62,481 nucleotides of DNA, filler included, from Choristocarpus tenellus KU-1152 (GCA_964200185.2; 5 parts of 5 records of this genome joined end to end with filler, not necessarily neighbours in it); one strand, 5' to 3'. Counted from the whole stretch's first letter, positions 1-12,676 are shown. The notes: a model not told the origin generated them from the sequence alone. Numbers and translations are program-made.

Positions 1-36
1 CCCACCCCCTAGGGCTTTGTTTAAGCACCCCCTTGC

Positions 37-1883
37 CTTAATGGTATCTTGCCTACACCAATTGACTTGGCATCTGTGATATTCTTGTTCTTGACTTCAA
101 TGATCACGAAGTCATTGGGGTCAATTGCCTGTGGGAAGCTCACAATGTGCAATCGAGTCGCACCAGTGTATGAGGCAGGTTTGTACACGATAGAAGGGTG
201 TTGGGAAGTGAGAGAGGTCATCTTTCAGTCATGTGTGTGTGTACCAGAGGAATACAGACGCAGTCAGAGCAGGGCGCAAGATTGGGATTGGGAGGGGACT
301 GAGAAACAAGTGCTTAAAGCGAGGAAGAAAAGCATCTAAATGATTTCGGAACCCTACCCATGAGCAAAAGCAACTAGTTTTGTACACATGCACTCAAGGC
401 ACATTGTGCTGACCATCTGGAGGCCATTAACTTGAGATATGGGTGACAACTTAACATGAAACAAAACTGTGGCTGGTAGGTTTGACATGGTCAGAGCCAT
501 GACTTTGTCAAACATCTTGCTAGGACCCATCCCAAGCTCATTGCCGAAACATAGGCGAATGCTGCTTGCACAGCTTACAAGATTTCTCCAACATAGCCCA
601 TCTCCTTAGTTTGTGATTGCAGTTTTGAAAGCAATTAAACATTCTTCACATAGCAAATTGTCCACAACAATTCCATGATTCAGTGCTATTTGAATGATAT
701 AAGACAGCACAGATGTAACGCCCTTACCCTCGAGCACACACAAGTGAAGGTATCTTAGAGGGTACGAGTTCTGCCCTATTTGTCCATTTGGGGCTTGGCT
801 TCCCCCGGGGTTTTTATGACATTTTCCTACTCCAAAATGGCTCGGAGTAGGTAAAACATATATGCTATGAAAAGGTTTGTCCTGAACAAGGATATTGACA
901 CTTCCTCACAAACACGATAGCCAAAATCACATAAAAATTGCAACATTGGATTTTGGTCCCCAAATGGACACGGCTCTACCCTCTAAGATACTCTGGCTCA
1001 CACCTCTATGTTGAACATGAAAGACTCGTTCCAGGTGGCTTGAGTCCCCCCATCATTGTGGACTTTGGTCTTCACTTTGTCCCCACCACGCCCAACTCGT
1101 ACATTGCAATAGGGGTCTTGTATTCCAATCAACTTGAAAAACGATGGGCAACCAAGTATGAGCGAATTGGAAGGGGAGGGGGGAAGGTTTGACTATTTGA
1201 GACCTGAAGGAGCATGTTTCCAGCGTTACATTGTGTTTTCGAATACCCACAGAATTTATACCTGCATCAGTCCCATATTTTGGCATGTGTTTGAAAAATC
1301 AGTGTGTAAGGGCGAGCTGTTCGTCTCTAGTGTCAAGAAGTAACTTCCATCTGTTCCTGATTGCACATTGTAAAAATGAATGACAGACAACTAGCATGGC
1401 TATCGAGGACCAGGCATAGATGTCCACGCTGCGTGGGCCAGCCGTCGTAGGTTCTCGTACAAGCCCAACACTTCGTAATAACTTCAACATAGCAAAAGGT
1501 AGTTGTATGATAATCTGAAATACACTTCCCGCAAATTCCGATTGGTGACAAGCATTGAACCCTATAGGATCTCTTCAGGATCCCCGAGACGCTAGGTAGT
1601 CCCTCCACGACAGCAGCATAGACACAGCTCTTTGGTTCCTGTGGCAGAACAGGTCCATCATCCCAACTAATTCTTCAGACTTCCGTTCTATCAAAAGGGT
1701 GATGAGTGTGCATTTGATTTTAAAGCCTGGTTTATCGCGTCCAGAAGGGCAGGGGAGTCGGGGATGTGCACGGAGTAATTTGACCATAGGCCATCACCAG
1801 TGACATACCTGCACTACTTTGAGTTGCTCAGCCTTCTTCACACATAGGTAGAGAACCTTGGGGTAAACTTCTTGTGTCGACAT
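37..1883 (-). CDS. C2-domain protein, 5' exons 1809-1883, 1004-1132 and 37-128; continues off the window edge
   Basis: The spliced translation is MSTQEVYPKVLYLCVKKAEQLKVVQ|LIGIQDPYCNVRVGRGGDKVKTKVHNDGGTQATWNESFMFNIE|AIDPNDFVIIEVKNKNITDAKSIGVGKIPL. It has the C2 hallmarks DPYC, KTKV, WNExF and IG..IPL. Exon phases are consistent (0/0). Donors are GTATGT, GTGTG and a probable GCAAGG. Confidence 0.88.
742..998 (+). mobile_element. ~257-bp non-autonomous element (MITE-like), copy 1
   Basis: Runs AAGTGAAGGTATCTTAGAGGGTA...TACCCTCTAAGATACTCTGGCT. Flanked by the direct repeat CACAC (737-741 and 999-1003). Aligns by eye with four other copies. Confidence 0.9.
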
Positions 1884-2369
1884 ATCAACCTCCTTCTCTT
1901 TGTCAGCTGTCGTGGCAACACTGAATCTCGTCTGCCAGCGATTCACGTCCAACCTACTTCACCACACTGTTTAGAATAGAAAATTGCGGAAGAGATTCGT
2001 ACAATATCAGGTAATGACTAAGAATCAGTTTCTAAGTGTGTTTCGCAACCCTCAGTATGTAATTCTTGATCCATCCTCCCTGTCGGGGTTTCAAAAGTGT
2101 GGAAGTTGCCCTTGTTGAACATCGTCTCGACTTCAAAGTGACAAAATAATGAGCATTGACCACCTGCAAGCGCAGCACCAACGTCAACCAGTTAAGAGGG
2201 TATTCCCCCAGTCATTCGTTTTAGCACTTCCCAAGGAGGTCTAGCGACTTGCATTGGCCACAACCTGTTGGTGAAGTCTGGGGTTTGTCCTGCTAGAGGT
2301 AACACACATCTGAATGAGAAGAGATGAGAGAAATGGGTTCTTAACTGCGCGCCTCGCGCCTTCACATCA
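1884..2369. promoter_or_regulatory. Probable bidirectional promoter between head-to-head genes
   Basis: About 490 bp separate the divergent inferred ATGs (1883 on minus, 2370 on plus). The region is locally CpG-rich (GCGCGCCTCGCGCC near 2347-2360). Confidence 0.45.
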
Positions 2370-4813
2370 ATGAAAATCACAGTAAGACAACAATAACTAC
2401 ACTTTTTCTTTTATCTATGTTCAGGTATCAGCAATCACGAAGATCATTGGGTTGCTTGAGAGTGCCATGCCTGGGTTCATCAGGCTTCTGGTGATATTTG
2501 TGCAACTATTTTTTATAGTTCAGGCAGTTTACAATGAGGGAGACTCTGTTTCAATGTCCTACAGGAGCCAACAAGTTTCGGCAAGTGTAAATCCTTGGTG
2601 ATCTTGTGAACGCGATACCCTTTTTGAGACATTGTTATCTGCATGACCTACTTGTAACCTTCCTCATAGGTTTGTGAAACTGGTTTATCTGAAACTATTC
2701 CTACCCTTGTCGACGTAGACCAACAATGCTATCGACTGTAGAGCTCTTTGACCACAAGGATACATACTTCTGACTTGTTCACATGAGAAATCTTTCCCCC
2801 ATATCCCTACCCACAAAGTTGACAAAGGAACACAGTTTTTTTATGAGGGAACGCACCGCACGATGGAGCTAATATATGAGGCATATAATTTTTGCTAGCG
2901 TTGTAACTTCTGTTGAACTGACTGACTATGACGTTATTTGCTCCTATCCTATATAAGGACGACTCCTCCAATCTTGGTCCTCCTTTTCTATTAACTCTGT
3001 GGTAGTGGTTCAGCCGGGTAGTGGTTGTCTGTAGTGATTCAATCGAAGAGAAACGTTGCTCAGGATTTCAGTGATACCCTTTCTGTCCATGGCTGACTAT
3101 TTCTTCGCCACACTTGAAGTCCTTTTCTTTGATGATTTACCACCCTGCAGTGGCGGACACCATGGGGGGAAGTCCTGCGATCACAAATGCCGAAGTACAG
3201 GGTCAAAGGGGCCGCGATCTTTTCTCCTGGCCTGCCAAGTAATTACTCCCCAAGGGATAAGCTTGCCCTGTAAGCCCCTCCCCTCAGAGTTCCAGTAGTC
3301 TGTATTCCAAAAGCACTATGGTAGGCAGCCAAGTGTACTCCTTCTCTGTTCGCCTTTTTGATCGCTATGCCATAAGACTTATGAGATGGGTGCCACAATC
3401 TCTGACCATTAAGATTGCGCCCCGAAGCTCCATCACTTTGCAAGTGTTCTCATACTGTCCGAATCACTAATCTGATGAGGTTGCAAGTGTGTGGCATGAA
3501 ACAAGATAACGGCCTGCCAGTTTTTTTTTCTCTCTCAACAATGACTCTGAAATAGGTATTGTGTGCTCTCTGAGAGTACACGGCGGTGATTATTCCACAC
3601 ATTTCACTACTGAAGATGCGACTGATCCTCAAGAACCTCTTAAATCTGGTCCAACTACTTGTAGACCTCACTCATAGTACCAATGGGGTGAACAAAATCG
3701 ATCAACCTTCGCCAATCATACTTCCTCCTGCAATGCATATTACCCTGGTCTTGTGCTCCAATGCTATGAGATCGATGTGGATTTGCTTACACGTAACATC
3801 CACGTTTGGGGTTTGTGCAGGTCTTTTGCTTTCTCTGATATGCGATTTGTTGTGCCCTGGTTACCTGTGGTGATGGAGGATGGAAATCGTTTGGAAAGGC
3901 TGGTAATTACTTTCTATTGTGCCAAAGGAGATGTTGCCCGTGTCAAGCCCCACACAGTCTGTGAGTGCACCCAAACAGTGCTACTAATGTTCCACTAACC
4001 CTTTGAACGCTACCAGCAATATACTTGAAGTACTAAGGAAAGACTCTGTTCATGCACAGTTCATATTTCAAAACGGTTTACACACAAATTTCTATTGTAT
4101 ATAGGAATGATGTGGCATTGTTCAACCTGCGTCTTTTTGCAGAGTAATCTCCGCTAATTCAGGGTGGCAAGAGTTGTTCATAAGTCACTCCAATATTCTA
4201 TGAACAGGAGCAATACCTTGAGTTAGCCTCTTCTCTCCAATACACCTCAACAATATAGTTCATGAATGATGACGCACCGCCTGCATTCCTGGCTGCCTGC
4301 AGTGCAAAATACAATCATTAAACACTTACATATTGACCCCATACCGTCATTGAAGGCTCTGGATATGGCATATGGGATGGGGGTCAGGGTTTGCTTCCCT
4401 TTACTATTTCTCTAGCTTTGCTCAATCTGTTCAATCCTTGCATAGATCGGGGTTGTTCCTCCCTATTCCCACCATCTTTCCCACCGCAACCCTTGTCTTA
4501 ACTAACCTATTCATGCCCCCCTCTGTTGCTGCCTATGTATACATACTTTTGTTGTGTCCTCCCTCTAGACTCGAAATCTCCAGAAGTTGAGATACTAAGT
4601 CCCGAACCACCACAGCCAATTCACATTGAGTACGTTTGGGAGCAGCTCCCAGAGGAAGATCCCCAAGCTGGCATTGGAATGATGGTGGCAGTGACACTCC
4701 TGCTGACCAGCTCCATGGCTGTAGCGGTTTGTAACCAATTCGAAATTGAAGAAAGTAACAGATCTCGGGTCAGGACAATAGGAGTGAAAAGCAAGGAGGG
4801 ATGGGATAAATAG
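2370..4813 (+). CDS. Uncharacterised single-pass membrane protein with probable signal peptide; exons 2370-2381, 2425-2580, 3151-3238, an unresolved small exon near 3617-3650, 3821-3960 and 4569-4813
   Basis: Translation MKIT|VSAITKIIGLLESAMPGFIRLLVIFVQLFFIVQAVYNEGDSVSMSYRSQQVS|WRTPWGEVLRSQMPKYRVKG...|SFAFSDMRFVVPWLPV...VKPHTV|YSKSPEV...IHIEYVWEQLPEEDPQAGIGMMVAVTLLLTSSMAVAVC...DK*. Acceptors have pyrimidine tracts, and there are N- and C-terminal hydrophobic segments. One internal phase junction could not be reconciled. Confidence 0.7.
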
Positions 4814-5239
4814 TCCAGATAGTTTGCAGGAATTGGGCTTGATAGTCGATTTTAATGTGTTGTGACCATGTCTATACTGTTATCTACACAGCTATGATAA
4901 GCTAGCTGCCTCCGAGGCTTGATTTGCCTTTGAATTGTATCCTCAAGAATTCCTATGGCCCTGAAATTGTAGGTGCTGCTACTTGCATTGTTGCTGTATA
5001 AATTTATTACAACTCCAGTCCAGAAGTCTGTTGAGAGATTTTTTTTCTGGCATGGGATATAAGACGTAGAAGGATAGTTTGAGAGCTGTTGCAATCAATG
5101 GAAAGACCTGGATATAATGAACAGTTTAAGGAACAGTTTGATCTACTCAAAGATCAAATTCTGAGCGGTAGAGGTGAACTGTTGCAACTGCAAAGTGGGA
5201 TCATCTTGCTGAAAACGGACCGATAAACAGCCCTTCCTG

Positions 5240-6190
5240 AGTGCTTCACAGCCACCATGTTGTCCCTACCAAGAAGGTTGAGGATCAACAATGTCTGTGA
5301 ACGTTTGGTTGGGAATCATCATGGGCTTGCTATGCGTATTGCAATGCCAATTCCACCTGTGGAATCATGTTCGCCATTTGGTGTCTCAGCCAGTCTGGTG
5401 GCTGAGTGGAGGGTGTCAAACAGTTACATCTTATATAATCAAGCTATGGGCCAAAGTGACAAAACAGCTTGTTCAAGGCGACATGCTAGACCTAAGTTCC
5501 AAGCGAAGCTCTGGGCAGCTATCGGAGCTAACTCCTCGAGAAGTGCAGAAGATCTGGGACATAATTGCCAAGGATTTGCCCTGCACAGTTGCCTAGTTTG
5601 CTCTCCATCTCAATGGAAATGAGCTTCAGAAGTCCATCTCAGCACTTTGGTGGTGGCTGAAGGACTTGCACGTGATGGAGCATGCTCGCTGCGCCAAACC
5701 CATGGTCATTCTGCAGCATGGGGACCATAGAGTGTATTTATGGCCGATTTGGTTCATAATTGATCCAAGACATACCATGACATGAACAACTGGATCTGTG
5801 TGTATGAAGCCTGGTTCTACCTTGTGTGGGACAGGAAAAGTTGCAGGTTTTTCCTTGCCACGAAAACTGCCCAGGATCTCCCACAGCCCAGCACAAGAGC
5901 CATACCCCGAGGTGATGTTCATTGTGGCGAACACATGCCCTGACCCTTCCTTCTATTTCAATGGCAAGCTTGGGATTTGGTGTGTTTGTGCCATGAAGAA
6001 GACCAGACGTCCAAAAAAGCAGAATGTGGGCATGGAATACCCCTTTGATGTGATTATTGACCATGAGTGGTTCCAGAAGTGGTAGATCAAGTGCCTGTTG
6101 CCTGCAATCCAAAAAACGTGCCTTGGCTGTGTGGCCACCTTAGTGGTCCAGCAGATATAGCAACCCCTCACACAGGCTGCAGTACTGAGG
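5240..6190 (+). pseudogene. Tc1/mariner transposase relic (DD39D plant/oomycete-like)
   Basis: Motifs PEVMFIVANTCP...FNGKLGIW and LLPAIQK...VVQQ match the KVMFLAAVARP / FDGKIGIW / VLPAI / QQDNA series of mariner-like transposases. Several stops and frameshifts. Confidence 0.75.
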
Positions 6191-9100
6191 TAGTCTGTGT
6201 GACTGGGGAGAATATAATAATGGGTTGCAAGAGGTCCATGTAAGTTTCTAGGGGAAAGTGATCTCATGGTCCTACACGCACAAGCATTGCAACAAAGAAG
6301 TGTTGCGTATCTTGGGGGAAAAGACTGAAGACATAGATGGAGGTGCTCTTGACTGCTTTGAAAATGGCAGACAAACGGCGATGACTAGAGGTAAGACACG
6401 CATTTTTAGATAAGAATAATGCCAAGGATTCCAAATATCAGGTTGGTTCATTCATTAGGAGTCACCATCATTTACTGCAAACTCTATACAGATATGTGAA
6501 TTGGAGGTAGTACATGTGTATGGTCATTGTCGTATGTGTGTATTGGATATGCGGGCTTCTGATTTCATTTTCCTGGCCCCTCATGTGATGGTTGGGAGTC
6601 AGTATTTATATCTGAACCACATAAAGCAGTAATCGAAGTTAATGATCCAGCTGTGTTTGACTGCTCTCCTGGGCATCACCATCCATTCTTATCCTTGAGC
6701 ATTGAGGCCACTATGCCATACACAACTAGGTGGGTTAACTCGACCCTGAAACAGATCAGCCTTGGCGCCTGGAAGCTTGTGATCACTTATGCCTATGGGA
6801 GGATTAGCATTTTTTTTCATCATCTTACCAACATGCAATGTTGGAGCTACTGGTTCAAGTTTTCTGAGGAATCTCCACGGAGAGTTTGAAAATAGAGCCT
6901 GACTTTAGTTCAGTAAAGTTTTTTACTTAATATGTCAGTGAAGACATGCTGGAGTGCTTAGTAGTTACATAACTAAATGGAGCAAATACTCAATCATGTT
7001 GCTGAGGCGTAATTAAAACACCTTCATGTCTCTATTTTGAGGAGACTGGGGTCTAGAGGGCAGTCATGTCCTGCACACATCAACCTCACAAGGAAGTAGG
7101 CATCTTACGGATCCAAGAAATGATAGACGAATTGAGTTTAAAAGAATGGTGAAAAAGATATGTAACAGGGCTCCCCTCCCTGCAGGGATTGCAATGTCCA
7201 GACAAACGTGGTTGGGGGCACTATCCAGGGACACAGTGGGCATGGGGTATCGTTTCTTTTGGGTCCCACTACTGCGGAGGGTTGCATATTGGAATGGCTC
7301 CTTGGAGTAACTGGTGATACTCACATGATACACCCAAACGTAGTTGGATTGAGTAATTCATGATGGATGCTTCTCATGGTTGTGCCTGCTGAAGTTGGAA
7401 GGTATCTTCAGCTTGGATCGTATCTCCAGCGAATCCTGGCGTCACCTACGCAGCAGGCGGTGTGGCGGAAAGATTGTTGGTCATATAGTACGACTTGCTA
7501 GCATTATATGCCACCACCATAACGTCCTTATAGGTTATATTACTTTGGGTTAGAACTCTTTCGATGGAGTGTGCAGATTCAAATCCGCTCATTGTCCAAG
7601 ACTATGCCTGATTCTTGTGTGAAAGAAGATCATATGAGACAGTAGGAGGAGAGAAGTAAATACAACTGTATTTAATGGAACAGTAGTAGAGCTCTATCTG
7701 ATGAGATTCAATGTAAGAATGGCCTTTTAGGGAGAAAATACTTACGAGTAGGCACATGGAGACTGGTGTCCAGTGGACAGCAGAAGAGTGACTAGAGGCC
7801 AACAGGTCGATGGTTGAGTTAGAATAACAACGAATGTTTGTTGGTAAGGATGCCCCTCTCTGGTGGATGAACTATTTCCGCCTATGTTCTCTCTCCACCC
7901 TACGAAGTAAAAAATATATACAATTTGTGTACAGGATTCCTAGAAACATTAGCACCTTGGTCACGTGTTGCCAGAGTCTTCATAGGGAAGTCCGGTTTTG
8001 GTTATTCAAAGTCCAGATGGTGTACACTGCAGATGGTGACAGCTCTGGATGACCCTGAACTTCACATGTGTGGGTGCTTGAGCTCAACCACTGTGTCTGA
8101 ATCAGATCAGCTGCTGGAGGACCATTGACTGTGGCTAAATGCTACGTGGGGAAGCAGGACAGGGAGTTCAAGCGGCCAAAAAAATCCTTCAAAAAGCCAA
8201 AGAAGAGACTGCCAGGGTCAAAGAAAACCATGCAAGGGCTCAGAACAACAGACAGAAACAATTTTAGATTTCTGCTGGTGTTATTGCCATCATTGTGGTT
8301 GTTATGTCTGTGCCTGTGTGTGTATCTGTATCTATTTGTCTATCCATCACATAATACTACAACTGTCATCTTACCTTCATTATATTATGATGAATGGTGT
8401 ATTTTAAATGTTACGCAGTTACTGGTTTTCGTTCAAGGTCGTCCTCCACTCCTTCACTCAGTCAGTGTCAGAACTGGCTTTTGGTAGGTCTGTCAGTGGA
8501 AGGAGCCCACGCACTTATTTCATAGCAAGGATTGGCACAAATGAGTAGTGCTCCGCGTCAACTGGCCCTCCATCCCCTCTCCACCAACTTGCAGTTTTCA
8601 AGAACGGTTTGTAACAATTAAAAAAAAAAAAATTGATAAGGACAGGTCGAAACAGGACCCAAGCGATTTGGTAGTAACCAGATCCCTATATACATCCATA
8701 GTAATACATACACAATATTTTCTATTTTAGGGGGATAAGGTTAGCATTAGTTGTGTACACACGCAGACATACACACACAAGCATAGATGCATAGATACAT
8801 ACTTTCTTCAGTTGTGCGTGCGAAAACCAATCATCCAAGCAAGACAAAGCTCACAAGGTTGAGTGAGGATAATAGAGAACGGGGGGGGGAGGATATATTC
8901 CAAACATCACCTTCGACCTCCTATCTCGTTCCACAAGTGTTGGGTTGGGCTTAGACGATACCATAAATATCGCTGGCATTGGATGAACATTGTGTAGCGG
9001 AGGCTTCCCTCCTGACATCTCAATGCAGGTGATTCCCAGGGACCAAATATTTGCTTGCCCGTTGTACCAAACCTGCTTGGTACTCAGGAGAATATGTAGA

Positions 9101-9236
9101 GGACTGTTTTATTATTTCACTTGCACAAAATATCAATACTGTACTGTGGCACAAAAGAAAATATTAAAACTGTATTAGGCAGGGTCCAATCAGTCGTGGG
9201 GGGTGTTTAGAATCACCAGAGTGTCATGGTGAGGTG

Positions 9237-9336
9237 NNNNNNNNNNNNNNNNNNNNNNNNNNNNNNNNNNNNNNNNNNNNTTAATTAATTAANNNNNNNN
9301 NNNNNNNNNNNNNNNNNNNNNNNNNNNNNNNNNNNN
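9237..9336. other. Artificial contig-join linker
   Basis: N44-TTAATTAATTAA-N44, with stops in all six frames; identical at four positions. Confidence 0.97.
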
Positions 9337-10601
9337 TGCTGGTCGGCCGAAGCCAGTGAAGATCCACCCCACACTCCCCGTCCTCGCCGACGCGTTCTGC
9401 TAGGATCTTGCCGACCAAGAACGGCACCTCCGTTGCCAGAAAAGAGGCAAATCTGCCTTTCTGCCCGGAGACGAGGTTTCCAATGGTTCGCCGATGTCAA
9501 GGTAGCATGAGGCCAACCCCGTCGACGGGAGTCAGCTTCTTCCTTGTTGCTGTCCGATGAGGAAGAGTCTGTTTCGTCGAGCCCGCCGAGATCATTGTCA
9601 CCGCTGAAGAGATTATCTCCTCCACCCGAGCGTTCACCCTGGTTGGTGTCTTCGACGTCGCTGGTACCAGTTCCAGCGCCATCGCCATTGGTGGGAAGCC
9701 AATGGACAGGGAGGTCGAACTCTCGTTCCCCTGTCTTTCTGAGAAGCCGCACAGACTCGCTTTGCTCGTGTTTTGCTCTCCGAATGGCTTCATGGTCTGC
9801 GAAGGTGGAATCCATGAGCACGAGAACATCAACGGTATAGAAGCATGAATGTTACTTTGTAAGCAGGCATGAGGTTTCACGAATGCGCTCAGGGAGCATG
9901 CGGTGCGAGGGAGGGTGTATATTTCGTCGGATTCGTTTATGTTGAGTACAAGAGCGGTACCCTCAAAACATTTATCGGGGATAATCTATTGTACTTTTTA
10001 TTGTAACATGCGACGATCACTACGCAGGAGAATGGAAAATGTTTTGATAATCTTTTTTTAAAGGGGATAAAGGCTGCCTCTTACAGAAGTTGCACCAAAT
10101 TTTTTTGACTGCCACTGAATAACAAAAATTAGCCATCAACTGCCCTCACGAAAAAATCGACTTACCCAGTGGGTACGCGGCAGGGAGGCGCTCGTGCGAC
10201 GCCTGGTACCACTGCTCTACCTTGAGGATGACGTGATCGGGAACGCTCTTGAGCTGGTAGGGTGGTGCATCTTGGATACGAGGCGGGTGACCGATGAAGA
10301 GGTCGTGCAGAGGGGCGTTGGGATCGATAGCAAGGTCTATGTCTATCCCACCCCATTCGGTGCCGTGCATGTATGGCTTAACGCTAACCTTAACCCACCC
10401 ATCACCGTCTTTTTCAATGCGAAAGGCCTGTAGCTCGTGATGTTCGGGACACGGTTGATGCGACCGCCAAGGAGTCCCTTGAAGTTGCCCTCGTTTCGTA
10501 GGGTCTTCCAGTAGACCGGAACCTCCGTGTAGGAGGCCTGCAGCTCTTCACCCAGCTGTGTTCTCGTGAATATGTTCTTGCCTTTGATACCACGTGAGAA
10601 C
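9337..10601 (-). pseudogene. Unknown multi-exon gene, frameshifted or containing a micro-intron; exons ~10166-10601 and ~9337-9830
   Basis: Acceptor TTCAG at 10602 and donor GTAAGT at 10165. Protein-like frames FSRGIKGKNIFTRTQLGEEL...FALKKT and PYMHGTEWGGIDIDLAIDPNAPLHDLF... change frame near 10377-10405. A second exon carries an acidic/Ser-rich ORF. No family recognised. Confidence 0.45.
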
Positions 10602-11133
10602 CTGAAGGTGAAATGCAAGCAAGTTGGTTTTGAGGCGGGGGTAAAAGAAATGAAGTGGAGAAGCAAGATATATATGCAGGCACATGCTCCGATGCATGTA
10701 TATGGAAGTATAGATATAAGAAGGGGTGATGCGTAACTTTTTTTATTGTTTTGTTTGTACAGTAGGTTACGAAACGGTTTTGGCAGCTGCTCTTATCGTG
10801 CAATTTTTTGATGGGGAAATCAAAAGCCAATCAATCAATTACAGTGTATGACCATATACCATACATGGATGCAACAAGCGTGAGCCACAAGCCTCAAGGT
10901 AGTATCTGTCCGTATGAAAACACTATGTGGCTATCGCACTTGCATATCTTGCCTAATTACCTGGAGAACATAGATCAATTTTGATGGGCGTGTGCCCCAC
11001 CATCATAAAATGTATCTCGACCACATGAATGACACTCGCCGTGACCAGCAGCCCCGCCTATCCGTGGAAGAAATTGTTCTTGTTCTCTGAGACGCAGTTG
11101 TCGGCCTGGCTAGTTTGGGGAGTCGGGAGGGAG

Positions 11134-11388
11134 AGCCAAAGTATCTTAGAGGGTAGAGCCGCTTCCATTTGGGGGTGAAAATCCAATTTTGCAATTTGAT
11201 GTAATTTTAGCTATCGTGTTTGTTAGCAAGTGTCAATATCTATGTTTTGGACACATCTTTTCACAACATACACTTTACCTACTCGGAAACATTTCGGAGT
11301 AGGAAAATGTCATAACAAAACCCATGGGAAGTCGAGTCCCAAATGGACAAACAGGGCAAATCTCGTACCCTCTAAGATACTTTCACTC
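11134..11388 (-). mobile_element. ~257-bp element, copy 2 (inverted)
   Basis: Reverse complement of the GAGTGAAAGTATCTTAGAGGGTA...TACCCTCTAAGATACTTTGGCT consensus. Both flanks read GGAGGGAG, so the duplication is 4 or 8 bp in a GGGA-repeat context. Confidence 0.9.
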
Positions 11389-11530
11389 GGAGGGAGGGAT
11401 AGGCGTGAGGCCGATATGTCAGACCATTTCGTCGCGTTTCGTGGAGGAACAGGGTATGTTTCCAGTACTGCTAGAGCGCAAGGTCTACATCACCACCATC
11501 ATACATGCAACAAGCAACACACTAACCAAA

Positions 11531-11788
11531 GAGTGAAAGTATCTCAGAGGGTACGAGTTTTGCCCTGTTTGTCCATTTAACCCTTGGCTCCCCACGGGTT
11601 TTTTCATGACATTTTCCTACTCCAAAAGGTTTCAGAGTAGGTAAAATGTGTACGTTATGAAAAGGTGTGTCCGGAACATGGATATTTGCACTTCCTTACA
11701 AACACGATAGCCAAAATCAAAATGAAATTGCAACATTGGCTTTTGGCCCCAAAATGGATACGGCTCTACCCTCTAAAATACTTTGGGT
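11531..11788 (+). mobile_element. ~257-bp element, copy 3
   Basis: Runs GAGTGAAAGTATCTCAGAGGGTA...TACCCTCTAAAATACTTTGGGT. Flanked by CCAAA (11526-11530 and 11789-11793). Confidence 0.9.
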
Positions 11789-12676
11789 CCAAAACTAAAG
11801 ACCGTGCAGTTAGATTTTTTGTGACCGGTATTCAGCAAGTATGTATTGAGTAGGTCGCATGAAGATGAAACTTTCTTTCCTGCCAATGCGTGTGCTGGAT
11901 GAGGTGACTCCCCGCGTGATCGAGGCTGTTGTGGTACTTGTCGATAAGCCTTGTGAGGGCAAGGTGGGTGGCTGTGCAGACAAGGTTACAACCTGCGCGA
12001 ACGATGATGCCTGTCGTTAGTTGGCAAACAGTACTCTGCTTACTTACGCATTGTATATTTGGAGCTATAAAGAGGGGTAATGGAATTTGTTTTTGCAATG
12101 TAGAGAACATACGCCCGAGTGTGGGTTTCCCTCCTCCGTTAATTAGCTCTTACGTTCCTCTCGCCCTAACCCTAAGCTGATGTGTAGGATGACAGGGGAG
12201 CACAGCGCATAATCATTTAATCGACTGTTCACTAGGGCTGCGGTATCTTTAGGCACATGGTGTAAAGGATGTACTCGTCCTCGGGTATCTAACCTACGGC
12301 AGGTCCCCTCGCCACGACGGAAAATCAAGTGGTGCGTGTGCAACAATCATCTATTCAGTCATGTGATTGTTTGCCACAACCAACATTACGTATCTCCTCC
12401 AAGATTGATAGGAGTGAAGAACACCTCTGCGAACTGGCCTTCGACGTGTGTGGCCATGATTTTCTGGCACTCGGAGTAGCCCCTGATAAGAAGGATATGA
12501 ATCAAAGAATCGTGTAAGGAAAGGTTCTATGGTGCGTCGTCATCATGAAGATCGGAATAGGTAGTGGAATTATGTTAGTATGTTTTGGCAGTTATTTCTT
12601 AGGAGTTTGCACTCATTCGTAGAATAAAACAAGGTTGTCTATTCTGTTCTGTGTGCGGCTGCGGGCTTGATGTCAG

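Noticed and set aside
6300-8100. Possible Copia-like RT/integrase relic on the minus strand
   Set aside because: Only vague fragments and no unambiguous motif; too degraded to call.
9281-9292. TTAATTAATTAA palindrome as a biological site
   Set aside because: It is embedded in N runs and identical four times, so it is an assembly linker.
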